Shown piece after piece: positions 49,045-61,269 of a stretch of DNA of 64,000 bases. The translations under genes were made by a program, and so were the position numbers. Every line of letters begins with the position of its first letter. The first letter of the stretch is position 1. The notes under the pieces are model-generated. The model saw only the letters and a program-made list of their open reading frames with translations. It was not told the origin of the DNA and made no database searches. The stretch lies in NCBI GenBank assembly GCA_008632985.1, contig QPGO01000038.1, positions 149,939-213,938 of the forward strand. The letters run 5' to 3'. This DNA is from Psammoneis japonica (Eukaryota).

Positions 49045-49239
49045 TTCATGTATTGGTTATGCCAGAGTAGATCCAAAGCTACGGATTCAAGAGAGGTTAC
49101 TTCGCACAAAATCCACACAGATCCGAAGCAAAATACATGTTCAAGAGAATCTACTGTAGACAATGTTTAACTAGGTCAACTTTCATATGAATGAAGTGAA
49201 CTGTCTGGCCTCGTCCTTACTGACTTCATCCGATTGAAA

Positions 49240-50626
49240 CTACGCCAGTGTACAATACCGGTACATTTTACAGCGACAATGCATCCCGAATGGCATCCAG
49301 TCCACTATCACCACCTCCTTCGCTGCTGCTGTCTCCTCCTGCTTCGCTATTATCAGCTTTTGCTTCGTTTTCGTCTCGTGGCATGACGACATCCTTTTCA
49401 CGTCCATGATTGACACATTTTCCAAATCACCAAGGTTTTCCATAACATCACAGCGCAAACTTCCCAGTGACGGAGGATGAAAGCCAACCATGGTTTCGTC
49501 ATCCATCAGCATGGGTTCGAGTGCCAAGACGCTGGCTTCGACACGAAGCAACGTGTCATCATTGACCATCCACGCCAATCGGCAAAGGCCCGCTTCACCG
49601 CCCGTGACGACACGTGGACACTGCAACAAGATTCCACCCGGCAAACGCAAATTCCATACATTGGGTGAATCTCCAGTTGGCCGACCGTGCCATGCGTCCT
49701 ATTATTTGTAGAAAAAGAGAAAGCACCGGGAATCGCAAAAGAAAGTCAACAATCTACATTTCGCACAGAAACACCACCGCTTTCACTCCAGAACGACTTA
49801 CACTTTCTTCCATTTCGGCAATACTCCATCCACGATTTCCATTGCTCGGACCCCACGTCCAACTCGTGCCTCCCCATTTCTTATGCCACGCAAAGGGAGG
49901 AACACCACGGAAAAAGGTAGGTTTGTTTTTATTATCGGACTCCATGTCATTGGCTTCGGATTCCGGTGTGGGTGGACTAGGACGCAGTGCTTCTCGTGAC
50001 ACCATGGTTCGAAAGAGTTTGAGTCCCTGTGGCGGTACCGATCCCGGCTCGACTCCAGCTTCCCACACGGGTGCGTGTTGAAACACCACTCGGACTCGGC
50101 CGTCTCCGTGTTTGAGCACCAATTCGGTAGCCATGGCTCCTGATCGTAACAGCGTTGGACCGTTCACCATGGATATTGTCGCAAGACGACTTTTGTGGAG
50201 TTGTTGTGGTGAATACGTGGCTACCGGAAGTGTTTTTGTTTCGAACGAATCGAAACACGTTGCACAATCCGAGCGTTTGGCTCCCACGACGATAGTGTGT
50301 GTTTGCTTTATAGTGTCTTGTTCTTCGTCATAGTTCAAGTCAACACTGGCAATGGTTTCGTCCATGACATCTCCGATATAATCGTAGGTAGTCCAAATGC
50401 CTCTCCACGATCCTTTTGCGTGATGGCGTTTGAACAAATCCCACTGAATTTCGGAATCGTCTTGTTCGTCAAGAGTGCTAGAGGTACCGGTAGGCGACGA
50501 GAAACGACTTGATGAGCATTGCCTTTGGAAGTTTGATCTTTCATTATTTGCCGATGGAAACTTTGAGGAGAAGGCATTGGCAGATATAGCAAATGCGGCA
50601 CAAAGGAGTAACCGAACGACCGTCAT
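49240..50626 (-). CDS. Plastid-targeted DUF3598-like protein, 2 exons (intron ~49699-49801)
   Basis: Signal peptide ending ANAF (ASAFAP-like); QWDLFKRHHAKGSWRGIWTTY resembles the DUF3598 N-terminus; a gtaagt...ag intron joins ORF 49754..50734 to the frame of 49240..49650. The 3' end is uncertain. Confidence 0.72.
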
Positions 50627-52192
50627 GATGAAAGGTCGCCATTCGCCATTGATGTCGTTTGTGTTTTCGTGCGGTGGCGGGTCGATCTTTTTCAAGTTGA
50701 AGCTGACGTAGGCGCGAGATTCGCGCTTCCACATACAGTGCGATGAGGCGAATCATCCTGGAGCTCGGACCTCGAGCTATCGCAGAACGTCACCGCGGCA
50801 GCGGCGGTTTTTGCGTTTTCTACGGTTACCGTAAAGCGTACGTAGGAATTGGTAATAATTTTGTAGGTACCAAATCCCACGAATGATCTACATACTAAAA
50901 CATTGGTATTAATCCTACGAAGGTTCACAAAAATGATAGTGATTGAGAAATTTAGCAACGGTCAACGACACACAAAATCTCCCGTTTTTTTTTCGCGCTC
51001 GTTTCGATCACAACTCGTTGTCTCGCACGATGTGTTGTTGTTCGCCAAGCAACGATTGCCGCGATCGCCCAGGATGGCTCGCCCTTCTTGCGGATAATAG
51101 AGAGCTAGCTCTTGTTTGGTGTTCCACAACTCATCATGCTTGTTGACGTGTTGTCTCCAGGTGGCGTAGGTGTTGCCAGTTAAGTCCAGAGGTCGGGGCA
51201 AATCGAATGCGTCTCTCCGGCCTTGAGTCCATGTCACTCTCGTGTCTTTGAGCGTAGGAAGTTGCCTGTTCGCTTGACCCGTCAGGTCACAGCTGTTGAA
51301 ACAGACAGCAGCGTTCGTCTGTGAAGCAGCAAAAGCTCGCCAAGCAGATCATGCCGTTGACGGAACGCGGGTTTGGGGTTCCGTCGTATCAGTGACATGA
51401 TACGGTAAGTCTTCACTCGTAGGGAGTGTTGATTTAGAACGCGGTTGACTCGCAAGTTTTCTTGTTGTCTCCGTAGTACGTCCCCCCTTTTACATTTTTT
51501 GGGTGATATTTTTCACTCGGAAGATACGTAAAAGCTTGAGCTCTATCTTTTGATGGAGCTCTTGAGGCAATGTTATCCTACGCGACCGATTTCTATCAAC
51601 TTTTGATATTGGCGTGTTTCAAATATTTGAAACACGCTTTGAAACTTTTCCAATAGAAGTAGAACTACTAAAAGTACAATGTAGCAATCTTTATTGGCGT
51701 GTAAGTTATTCCGTACGTACGTCAATAGACTGCGATGACGGTCGTAGCGCTTGCGATGTCGTTGCATACTACCTTGCCTAGGGCCCACGCTGGGGTATTC
51801 GTTATGTATTCCTTAAGGCTTGTGATGATATGTGCTGGACTATTTCGGCACTGGATTGTTTATACGACTTTACATTGATGTCGCTTCGGCCATGTCGGGT
51901 GTGTCGCTCTTTGGGCAAACAGCTGCATCACTCAGTACGACAGAAATTATAAAGTGGCATTTTGAAAGGCCGGCTGTGAACAAAAAAAATACTGAAGTTA
52001 GGGACTATTCTCGGTGTACACATTGTTGTCTGAAGAACAAGACGTGCCTACTGCTTTCCATTCATTCGCTATTGCGCAAGGATACCCTCGCTTTGATTTT
52101 CGACACGCAAGAGTAGTTTCTAGTGATGCAATCTTTGTCAGCGTAATGGGCTGACCTTGCTGATGCCGGCGTAAACCTCAGGTTTAATTATT

Positions 52193-54047
52193 CTAGCTTC
52201 TACTGACACTGGGACTCCTACTGTGGCGTTACCTTTTCCTCTTGTGCTTCTTGTCGTGACGGTGCTCCTTTCGTGCGTCAGCCTCTCGATCATGGTGGTG
52301 TCTGCGCCGTCTGTGACGATCGTCGCCTCCACCATCACGGTGTCTGTGTCGATGACGATCTCTACCACGTTTCTTGTGATGTTGCTTCCTCCTACGTTTT
52401 GGGCTACGGCTCCGATCACTCTCACTGCTGCGACTAGCCGGGTGAGCGTCTGTCGAAGGAACGGGAACGGCTTCTTCGCATTAAGCGATCCTCTTCGTCA
52501 CGTCTATGTTGTCGATTGTAGTGGTCGTCACCATTATTGTGTCGCCTGTGCAAATGCGGTGAGCCGTCTCTTTGATAATCATCGTAGTATCGATTTCTAC
52601 GTGATGCCGGCCTGTCGCGTCCGTGTTCATGTACGATGACGACGATCTTTTGCGTCTCCCGGTGGCGGTCCACGAACTTCTCTGCCTCCATTGCGATGAT
52701 CATAACGATGCTGTGGTGGGCGTAGCTGCTGATGACCCGCATGGCTATTATGCCGCCTTTGATCACTGTCACCTTGCTGTCGACTCCGTTGAGGAGGCTT
52801 TTATTGGTCCTCCCGGTGCTCTCATTCGGTGCCCATACTTGTTCCACACTTTTGCTACACTCTCTGAAAAGTCCACCTTGATACGCCGGTCATCAATAAG
52901 CGCATTGTTCGTTTTAAAGTATGATACCTCCACACACTTTTGCTTGTAGGCTAACTCGACAAAGGCATACTGGAGAGACGCGCCGGTTTCGTTGTCTCGA
53001 ATAGTTTCAGCCTTGACGTCTGGATCAAAGCGTGAAAAATAAGTTCCAAGTCCTCATCATCCGTCACTGGATTCAATTTGCAAACAAACAAAACATTCTC
53101 GGGAGCCTTGATGTCTATAAAGCAAAACACAGTGCAGCTAAGAGAACAAGAAGCAAAAACACACACAAGTCGAACGCTTGCATAAGTGCAAACTCACCGG
53201 CAGATGGCAAGCCCCCCAACATTTCCAAAACGACGGCACGCGATTTGTCTTCTCGTTATGAATCTCTTCTTCTCGTTGTCTAGCCTTTTCGTGAGTTTCG
53301 TCTTCCTCCTCCGCTTCGTCCACTTCATTTGCTTGAATGCGGTGCTCTACAACTTCTTCTGGAGGACGAATGTACTATTCAGGACACGCCGTCACTTTAT
53401 CATCTTCCATTACAACACCACGATGCTTAAGCAAGTCATCCATTCCGGGAGGATCATCAAATGCATCATGAATCACTAATGCACGCACAATACGTATATC
53501 CGCAAACGAACGTCAATCGGTGTCGCAATACAAATATGCCGCTTGAAGCTTGTCCAGTACACCTTCTTCATCCTCAGCTACCGTTTCCAACGACAAGAAT
53601 TGCTGTTGCTTTTGTTCGGTACTGTTCGATGATTCCACCATGAGCCCATCCAGTGCTTGCAGAGGCCCCCGTTCCAACGTGATTATATAAACTGAGATCC
53701 AATGATATCCGGTATCAAGTTCATTTCAGTCGCGACGACCCGTCCTCGCTGCTGCAATTCCTCCTTGCTCAAAAAGTGTCCTTTTGTTTTCAGAAATCGT
53801 TTTTGACTCTCTTAATACTCGTAGTGTTTGTCGTAGCGACAATCAGTCCATATATGCAGTCGCCTCCATTGCCATTGCACAGGGGTCTCCGCATTGACTC
53901 TGTCGTTGAGGCAAAATGTTGTAAATCAGCGTGTGGTGTAGTAGCGAGCCTTGGCTAATTTCAAAACATTCCGAGCGAGCGCTAGACTCCCTCGATATCC
54001 AAGTCAATCATGACATCTCCAATTGTAGTTTTCAGCAATAGCGACAT
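52193..54047 (-). CDS. PPIL4: Cyclophilin-RRM protein, PPIL4/CYP59-like, with R/D/S-rich tail; many apparent frameshifts (pseudogene or indel errors)
   Basis: [16 protein letters not shown] start; [24 protein letters not shown] (RRM); [27 protein letters not shown]-rich C-terminus; probable intron ~53117-53197. Confidence 0.85.
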
Positions 54048-54299
54048 ACTTTTGGGAATAAGCAATGGTTCTTCTGTTGTGTTGTTGGTGCGTTGTCTGC
54101 TTTTACTATTTTTTTTTACGGTCGGACGAAAGCACAAGCAGCTAGAAACGATTGCATCCAATCGATTTTTACGCTTGCGATTTGCGATGTAGCTGCATGC
54201 TTTGATGCTGCCATTTCTGTTTTTGTACCGCACCGCTCTCTTTTTTTTCAGATGGGGTTCACGCTGGGGTGTTCGTTACGGCATGCCACAACGCTTGTC

Positions 54300-57200
54300 A
54301 TCGATGAGTGCTGGGCCAGTTTGGTGCTGATCGCCTGCATGTTGTTGTGGATTTCTTGTTGAGAGTTGTTCACTTCTTGTTGCCAAAGAGGTCAGAGGTT
54401 CAAGTGTTCTGCCGAAATGGTGGAGCACCCGCAGAAGAACGCCGACAACAAAGTCTCCATGGGGGTTTGTCTGAGCCATCTCAATTCTAAAGCAGCCAGC
54501 TGCAATGCCCTCTCCAGCAGAAAAAAAACAAAAGATTCGAACATCGTGAATTTTGTTTCTCGGGCGGCGCCAAGCTCCATTCATCCTCTTTCTGAGGTGA
54601 ACAACCACCTGGCCATGTGATGCTGAATGCTTTTTTCAGCTGAAGAACTCTCTAACTTGTCTTTGAAGTTGGCATCAAGCATGTTGATCAATGCACGCAT
54701 CAGGGTGGAGCAGATGTTGTGAGACGAATCGAGCTGTCGCAATCCTTTCTCCCGCTTTTCCCCTTTCACAGCAACAGCTTTCTCTTGATCCTCTCGATCA
54801 ATGCACGCATCAGGGTGGAGCAGAGGTTGTGAGATGAATCAAATTGTTGCAATCCTTCCTCCTGCTTTTCCCCTTCCACAGCAACAGCTTCCTCTTGATC
54901 CTCTCGATCAGTCTCGCCCACAGCACAATTCCACCACTGTCCCATCACTGAATGATGACAAACAGTTCTGCAGGAGATGTGTCAGCTGTCAGCAACTGTG
55001 CTTTCCAAAGATGCCAAGTCTGCTCCCTCCTTCTTGAAACTGTCTCCTGCAACACAGATGATTGTGGCCTCTTCCTCCGACCGTCGCCCTGTTCACACTT
55101 GCCGTCTGTGTGCTCACCTCATGTTTCATCTGTCGAGGGTTCACCCAGTGGTTCCATGGGGCCAATGCTTGTGCATCACCTGTCACAATCAAGGTTTCTC
55201 AAATGCTGGCACTCTCTGCCTTTGCCATTTTTTTAGGCTGGCACTCATCCTTGGTCTACAAATGCATGCGCAGCCATCAGTTCTTTCATGCTCTTGACAA
55301 AATTGTGCTGTCACAAGCAGTTGCAATGCATGATGCATGCAACAGCATGACAATTCGATGGATTTTGCATCTCCCACATTGATCATCACTGACCATGGCA
55401 ATCACCTTTTGGGCACACTGGGTCATCCTGTGTTGGCGCACTGGTGTTGGCAATGTCATGCCACTGGACCATCCAACAGATGCTCAAAGTGGAGCGTCAT
55501 TTTGGGAGGCTGCCTCTGTTGACCCATCTGCAGTCTTGCACACACCAAATGCAACACGGGACAATTTGGCTTGTGGCATTTTGGGAGTTTGACTTGTGCA
55601 TCATGGACAATTTGGGCAACTGGCAACCATTCAATTCATGCATTGCCAAGCTGGTCATGGCAATCTCCCACCTCTTGGACATGCTGGGCCATCCCGTGTT
55701 GGCGCACATGCCTGCCGGGGTGGAACACTCCGACAGATGCTTGCAGCAAATGTCATTTTGGGGGCCTGTCTCCAGTGGTGCCTTTGGAGTCTTGCGCACA
55801 CCAAGCACATTGCGGAATGACTCGGCTTGCAGCATTTGGGTTTGATGTGTGCTCATGGACGATTTGGGCAGCTGGAGTTGTCTCGCACCTGTTCACACCG
55901 GCACATTGCCAAGCTGGTTTTGGCAATCTCCCATCTTTTGGATGTGCTGGGTGACAGGGTGGGATCCTCTTGCAAACACTTCAGTGAATGAAATTTTGGG
56001 GACCTGGCTCTGTTGGAGTCTCTGGAGTCTTGCACACTCCAAACACAATGTGGGATGATTCAGTTTTGTGGCATTTTGGGTTTGACATTTACATCTTGGA
56101 CGATTTGGACAGCTGGCATCTCCGGCCTGTTCACACATTGCCAGATGAATTGTGCACGGAATGGCAGCCATTTGGAAAGCTTGTGATTGGCCATGTTTGG
56201 AAGGATCACCATCTAGCATGAAACCAGAACAACACACAGACCAGATGATCATCATCATGTCTTGCAATGCCAAACCGGGTCCAGTGCAAAAAGAAACCGG
56301 GTCTTGTGCAGAGCAAATCCACCACAATGGCAGAAAGACAGCAAGTTCAGAAAGTGCTCTGAAAACTCAGCAATTGCAAGAGTTTGTCATGATTGAGTTT
56401 CAAGAAAGACCGTTCTTACACTCTTCTTGACCAAATGCATTGCACCCCGCTGTTGGGATCACTGGGGATGGTGTGTGTGTGACACAAGGGCTCTTGAGTG
56501 GAGCTTTGATGAAGGGCTCAATCCCAACCCCTCTGAACCTTGTGACTCAGCAAGTGCTTTCAAACAAGATGCCAAAGAAATCCAATGCATGAAGAGCAGA
56601 AGTCAAACTTTGCATTGATGGTCTTGGTGACAATCTGCATCGAGAGCAGAATTTTCACTGCGAAGTGCAAAAAAGAATTGTTCACCGAGATGGCAACTCC
56701 AAACCATCCAGGTTTGACTTGATCCTCCTTTGTCCATCTGACTGGAAAGTTCTGTGGTGAGCAATCGCAGTCATGCCAAAGCTGGATGTGGCCATTCCAC
56801 CAATGGATGCAGAGAAATCTCAATTTGTGAGCTGCAAACCACTGCCAACCGTTCTTCACCCTTCTCATCAAGAGACCAGAGCAATGTCATTTTGACAATT
56901 TTGATTTAATTCAACCCATCTTGTGAGCCTCACACTCATTGTTTAAACTGTGGTCAGGTCAATGGGGCTGACTCTTGTTCAAAGCAAGCGGCTGCACAAC
57001 AAGTGATGTGGCGGAGCATCCAAGAAACTGCCAATCTTGCAGACTCACGAATGTCTGGTGTCACGCAACATGCTTTCAACCATGAATTTTGTTTTGAATC
57101 ATTGGCATCTTTCAACATCTTTGACACCCAAATGTCACCCAGTGACAGCAGAAACTTTGGCGTCTCAATGTGGAGAGCAGGTCCAAAGTGTTGTCCAAAC

Positions 57201-60200
57201 AAAGGCAGTGGATGCCATTGGCTTGACGTGTCTTGCTTCAAGACCCAATGACCTCTTGCTGAACCCATTCCAAGGAGGACTTTCCTTGGCAATCTGCACA
57301 TGCTCCTTGACAAGAACATCATCCTGCAGCTCCGGCTGTTCCAACAAATCAAGCCAAACAAGGCGGGCTTGATTGATCTGGGAAATGCCATGCCCACAAC
57401 AACAGTGGCATCCATTTCAGAACAGTCCTGCTCTGGTGTCGACCACGAGTCAAGTGAAAAGAATGAACACAGCAAGACCAAAAAGCTCTGGTGGCTGCCC
57501 ACCCCACTGAAGCAAGCACTGGCTGAACCACAGACCCCCGCAGTGTGGCAGATGGGGTCTGGTGCTCACACAAGCCACACAAAATGTGACAGTAAAAAAA
57601 CCATTTTTTCCCACTGTTTTCCTCTGGTTTCAAATGCTTTGCCATTTTTCCATTGATGCACACACAAACTGCCACAACAAAATCACCAGTGATTGGTGTT
57701 GGAACAATGACGGTGCCATGGGTGAAGGAGAAGTGCAATGAACCCCACCTGAGGAGTGTTGAAACCCATCTGTTGAAGCTGGAGAGTCAGCTCCAGTGCA
57801 GAGATGGATCAAGCACTTCAATTTTGCTTCATCATTTTCAAGAAACATGGCAAACAATGCTTTTGATGTTCCTTCCCTTGCTCTCCAAGTTGCACCCAAG
57901 GGTGTTCTGTGCCACAACAAAGGGGTTTGAGCACAAACATTGCCGCTGAAGCCAGCCATTTCTTCTGTTGACGTTGAGTCTTTGTCCTCCTTGACAGGAG
58001 AGACATCATGTGGGTCTCATGTGCACCAACAAATGGTCACACACGTCATCTGGCATTTTTTCCAAGAACTGAATCAGCAGAGATGCCACCATGTTGATTT
58101 GCTTGCATTCCAAGGGGGCAGAAACTTTGACTGAGCAATGTCAATGGTGGCAGAGCAGCTGGATGTGAGAGATGGGAACAATTGTTTGCTCCATGGAATC
58201 ATCCCAGCACACTCTCATGACAACAAACTGCAACCAGAGTTGAGGCACACTTGCCCTTTTGACATGCCACAACTTGAGCAGCAAAATGTGTGGGGTCACA
58301 GCATTCACACAGCCTGCAGCCTCTCTGCATGGTGATGTGCCCAACCCTTCACTGGAACTTTGCTGGAGCTCCATCAAAGTCACCTTTTGCAAACAGCACT
58401 TTGCCAATGACTGAGTGTCAAAGCAACATTTCATCACCAGAGTTGGTGTGAACAGCAGGACACTTGCTCACATTGTCCAATTCTGGGTGCCATCCACCAC
58501 TGTCAAAGCAATGAGAAGTGAAAGAAGGAATGCTGCTGGTGAGCAGTCTGGCGCAAGCACCGCTGGTGCCTTGTGGGCCAGGACATGATGTGTGATGTGT
58601 CATCATTGATCACGTCGGCATGTTGATTTTGAATTTTGCAGTGAAGGGATGGACAGGAAATCTTGCAGCAGTTTGGAGCTCGCAGTGCTGACTCATTGTT
58701 TTTTGAAATGCAGCTGACGTCACAGGGGTTTGCATCACTTTCTTCTTGCACACAAAGTGCGACAGTGAAAAAGCCATTTGTTTTCCTGCCACCACATTTT
58801 CCTCTGATTTCAAACTTGCCATTTGCTTGCCCTTTCCAAAAAATCTGATCACTTTGATCAAAGGCTGTTTCAGCACTCTCCCAGACCAAATGCATTGTGG
58901 CCCACTGTTGGGAGCACTGAGGATGGTGTGCATGACACAAGGGCTCTTTTGAGTGGAGCTTTGACAAAGGGCACCATCCCCACCTCCTCTGAATGTTGTG
59001 ACATCACGAGTGCTTTCCAAAAATGACACCGAGGAAATCCAACACATGAAGAACAGAAAAGTCAAACTTCACATCAATTGTCTTGGTGCAGAATCTGCAT
59101 CGAGAACAGAATTTTCACCTGCAAAGTGCCAAAAGAATTGTTCATTGAGATGGCAACTCCAAACCAGCCAGATGCAGCAGCACAATGGAAAGCTTGACTT
59201 GCTCTCCTCCTTTGTCAGTCTGACTGGGAATTTCTGTGGTGAGCAATCACAGTCATGCCAAAGCCAGATGCTGCCATTCCACCAACGGATGTGGAGAGAA
59301 ATCTCAATTTGTGAGCTGCAAATCATTGCCAACTGTTGTCCATCCTTCTCTTCATGAGACCAGAGCATTGCCATTTTGAGAATTGGGATTTTATCTCACC
59401 CATCTTGCAAGCCTCCCACTCATTCCTTTTACCGTGGTCAGGTCAACGGGGATGTCACTTGTTCGAAGCAAGTGTTTGCATGAGTGATGTGGTGAAACAT
59501 CCAAGAAACCATCAATCTTGCTGACTCATGAAAGCCTGGTGTCACACAACATTCTTTCAATCATGATTCTTGTTTCAAGTGTCTTTCAGCATCTTTGATG
59601 CACAAATGGCTGCTTGAGCATTTCAACATGGAGAGTGGGTCCAATGCATTGTCCAAAGCCATGCGATGGATGCACCACATGTCTCCAACACACCCGATCA
59701 ACCTCTTGCTGAACCCCCATTCCAAGGAGGACTTTTCTTTGCCAAAGCAGCCCAAATGTTCCTTGACAAGAGTGTTGTTCTTCAGCTTGGGCTGTTTCAA
59801 CAAATCAAGCCAAAAACAAGATGGGCTTGATTGATTTGGGAAATGCCATGCCCACAACAATGGTGGACTCCATTTCAGAACAGCCCTGCTCAACTGTCAA
59901 CCACAAGTCAAGTGAAAAGAGCAGCCATGCAATGACTCCCATTGCACATGCATTGATCTTTTTGTAGAGTCATTCCACATCCTCACATCTGTTTGGATTC
60001 AACATGCACCACATTTTGATTGCGTTGCATCACAAGCGATCTGAATGGCTTCACAAACTGAAATGTGATTTCTGGCATTGCCTCCAACCATGAGTGCCGT
60101 GTCAACATTGGCCACTGTCTCTTGCATTCTCTCTTCTGGAGCTCTGTGTTTCTCATGCAGACCCATTGCAGTTGTTTGAATTCATTGTTCTGGCGTGGCT

Positions 60201-60840
60201 TTGGCATCAAAGAATCGCTCCTCTTGGTCAGGCGCAGTTGATGATGGCAATTTGGGTGGAACAAATTGCAGCACATTGCTCAGCTTAGAATGAACCTTGG
60301 CCACCATGCAACTCCATTCAACAGCACAGCGGAGAGTGTTTGCCAGCAACACTGTTGCAGTTCTTTGAACCATCATTGTCGCAAGTCGCAAACACCTGCG
60401 GCCTCGCAAACCGTTCTTGACGTTTCAACTTTGTAAAACTCAATCTGCTGGGGCCACAAGCCTTGCACGCTGAATGCCTCAGTGTTGCAGACAAATCAAT
60501 GGGTGCAAATGAGGAATTGCAAACAACAATCGAAACAGGCATCAACGATCTCTGCAGGGTGCAGCAGTGGGTCGGGGGTGTCGGGTGTGATGCTGCAGAA
60601 ATGGAACAAAAGACAGTGGGAGCTCGGCGCTCAAAGATTCATCATCATTTCTTGAAGCAACAATTCACCAGAATGAGGACCATGCACTGGGTGTCCTCTT
60701 TTGCAGCACCAACAAATCTGCACAAAGCTCTGTCATTTGTCAATCAAAGGAGAAGCCGAGCGGCTGCATCATCATGGTGGAAGTTGAAAGTTTGCTGTGT
60801 CCAGCCAGTTTTTTGCACCACGCCGGTGTCGATGGAGACA
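54300..60840. mobile_element. Degenerate TpA-depleted repeat/TE-derived domain with internal duplications; family not recognised
   Basis: Same TpA-poor, CA/TG-rich composition as 1-24660. Internal repeats: 110 bp x2 (54686-54910), ~245 bp x3 (55390-56170), ~1 kb x2 (56430-57470 vs 58885-59920). Confidence 0.55.
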
Positions 60841-60841
60841 A

Positions 60842-61006
60842 TTTGAGGAGAAGGCATTGGCCGATGCAGTAAATGCGGCGCAAAGGAGAAACCGAACGAC
60901 CGTCATGGTGAAAGTTTGATGTGCGCGTCGTTTGTGTTTTGTGCGGCGGCGGGCGGCGCGGCGCTTGTTGCGATCTGTGACTCAAGTTGAAGCTGACGTA
61001 GGCGCG
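60842..61006 (-). pseudogene. Duplicated 5' fragment (upstream region + signal-peptide codons) of the DUF3598-like gene
   Basis: Aligns to 50562-50716: tttgaggagaaggcattgg...aaatgcggc.caaaggag.aaccgaacgaccgtcatg...tcaagttgaagctgacgtaggcgcg. Confidence 0.85.
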
Positions 61007-61269
61007 CAAGGTCCGCGCAATACCATTACGTAGAATCCTACGCATGCCAATACCGGAAGGGCAGGACGCGGTCCATCCAGACGCATGTAAGATAGACGCG
61101 CATCTGTCCATCCGTCCGTCCGTCCGTCCTTCTCGCACCAATGGCACAACAGCACATAGAATGAATCCATCCTCTTTCGAGCTTTTTTTTGTCGCCGACA
61201 ATGTCGTCGCACTTGCGTAATATCGCCGTGTTTTTTTGTCTGTGATGCTCTTGCTATCATCTTTGAACA

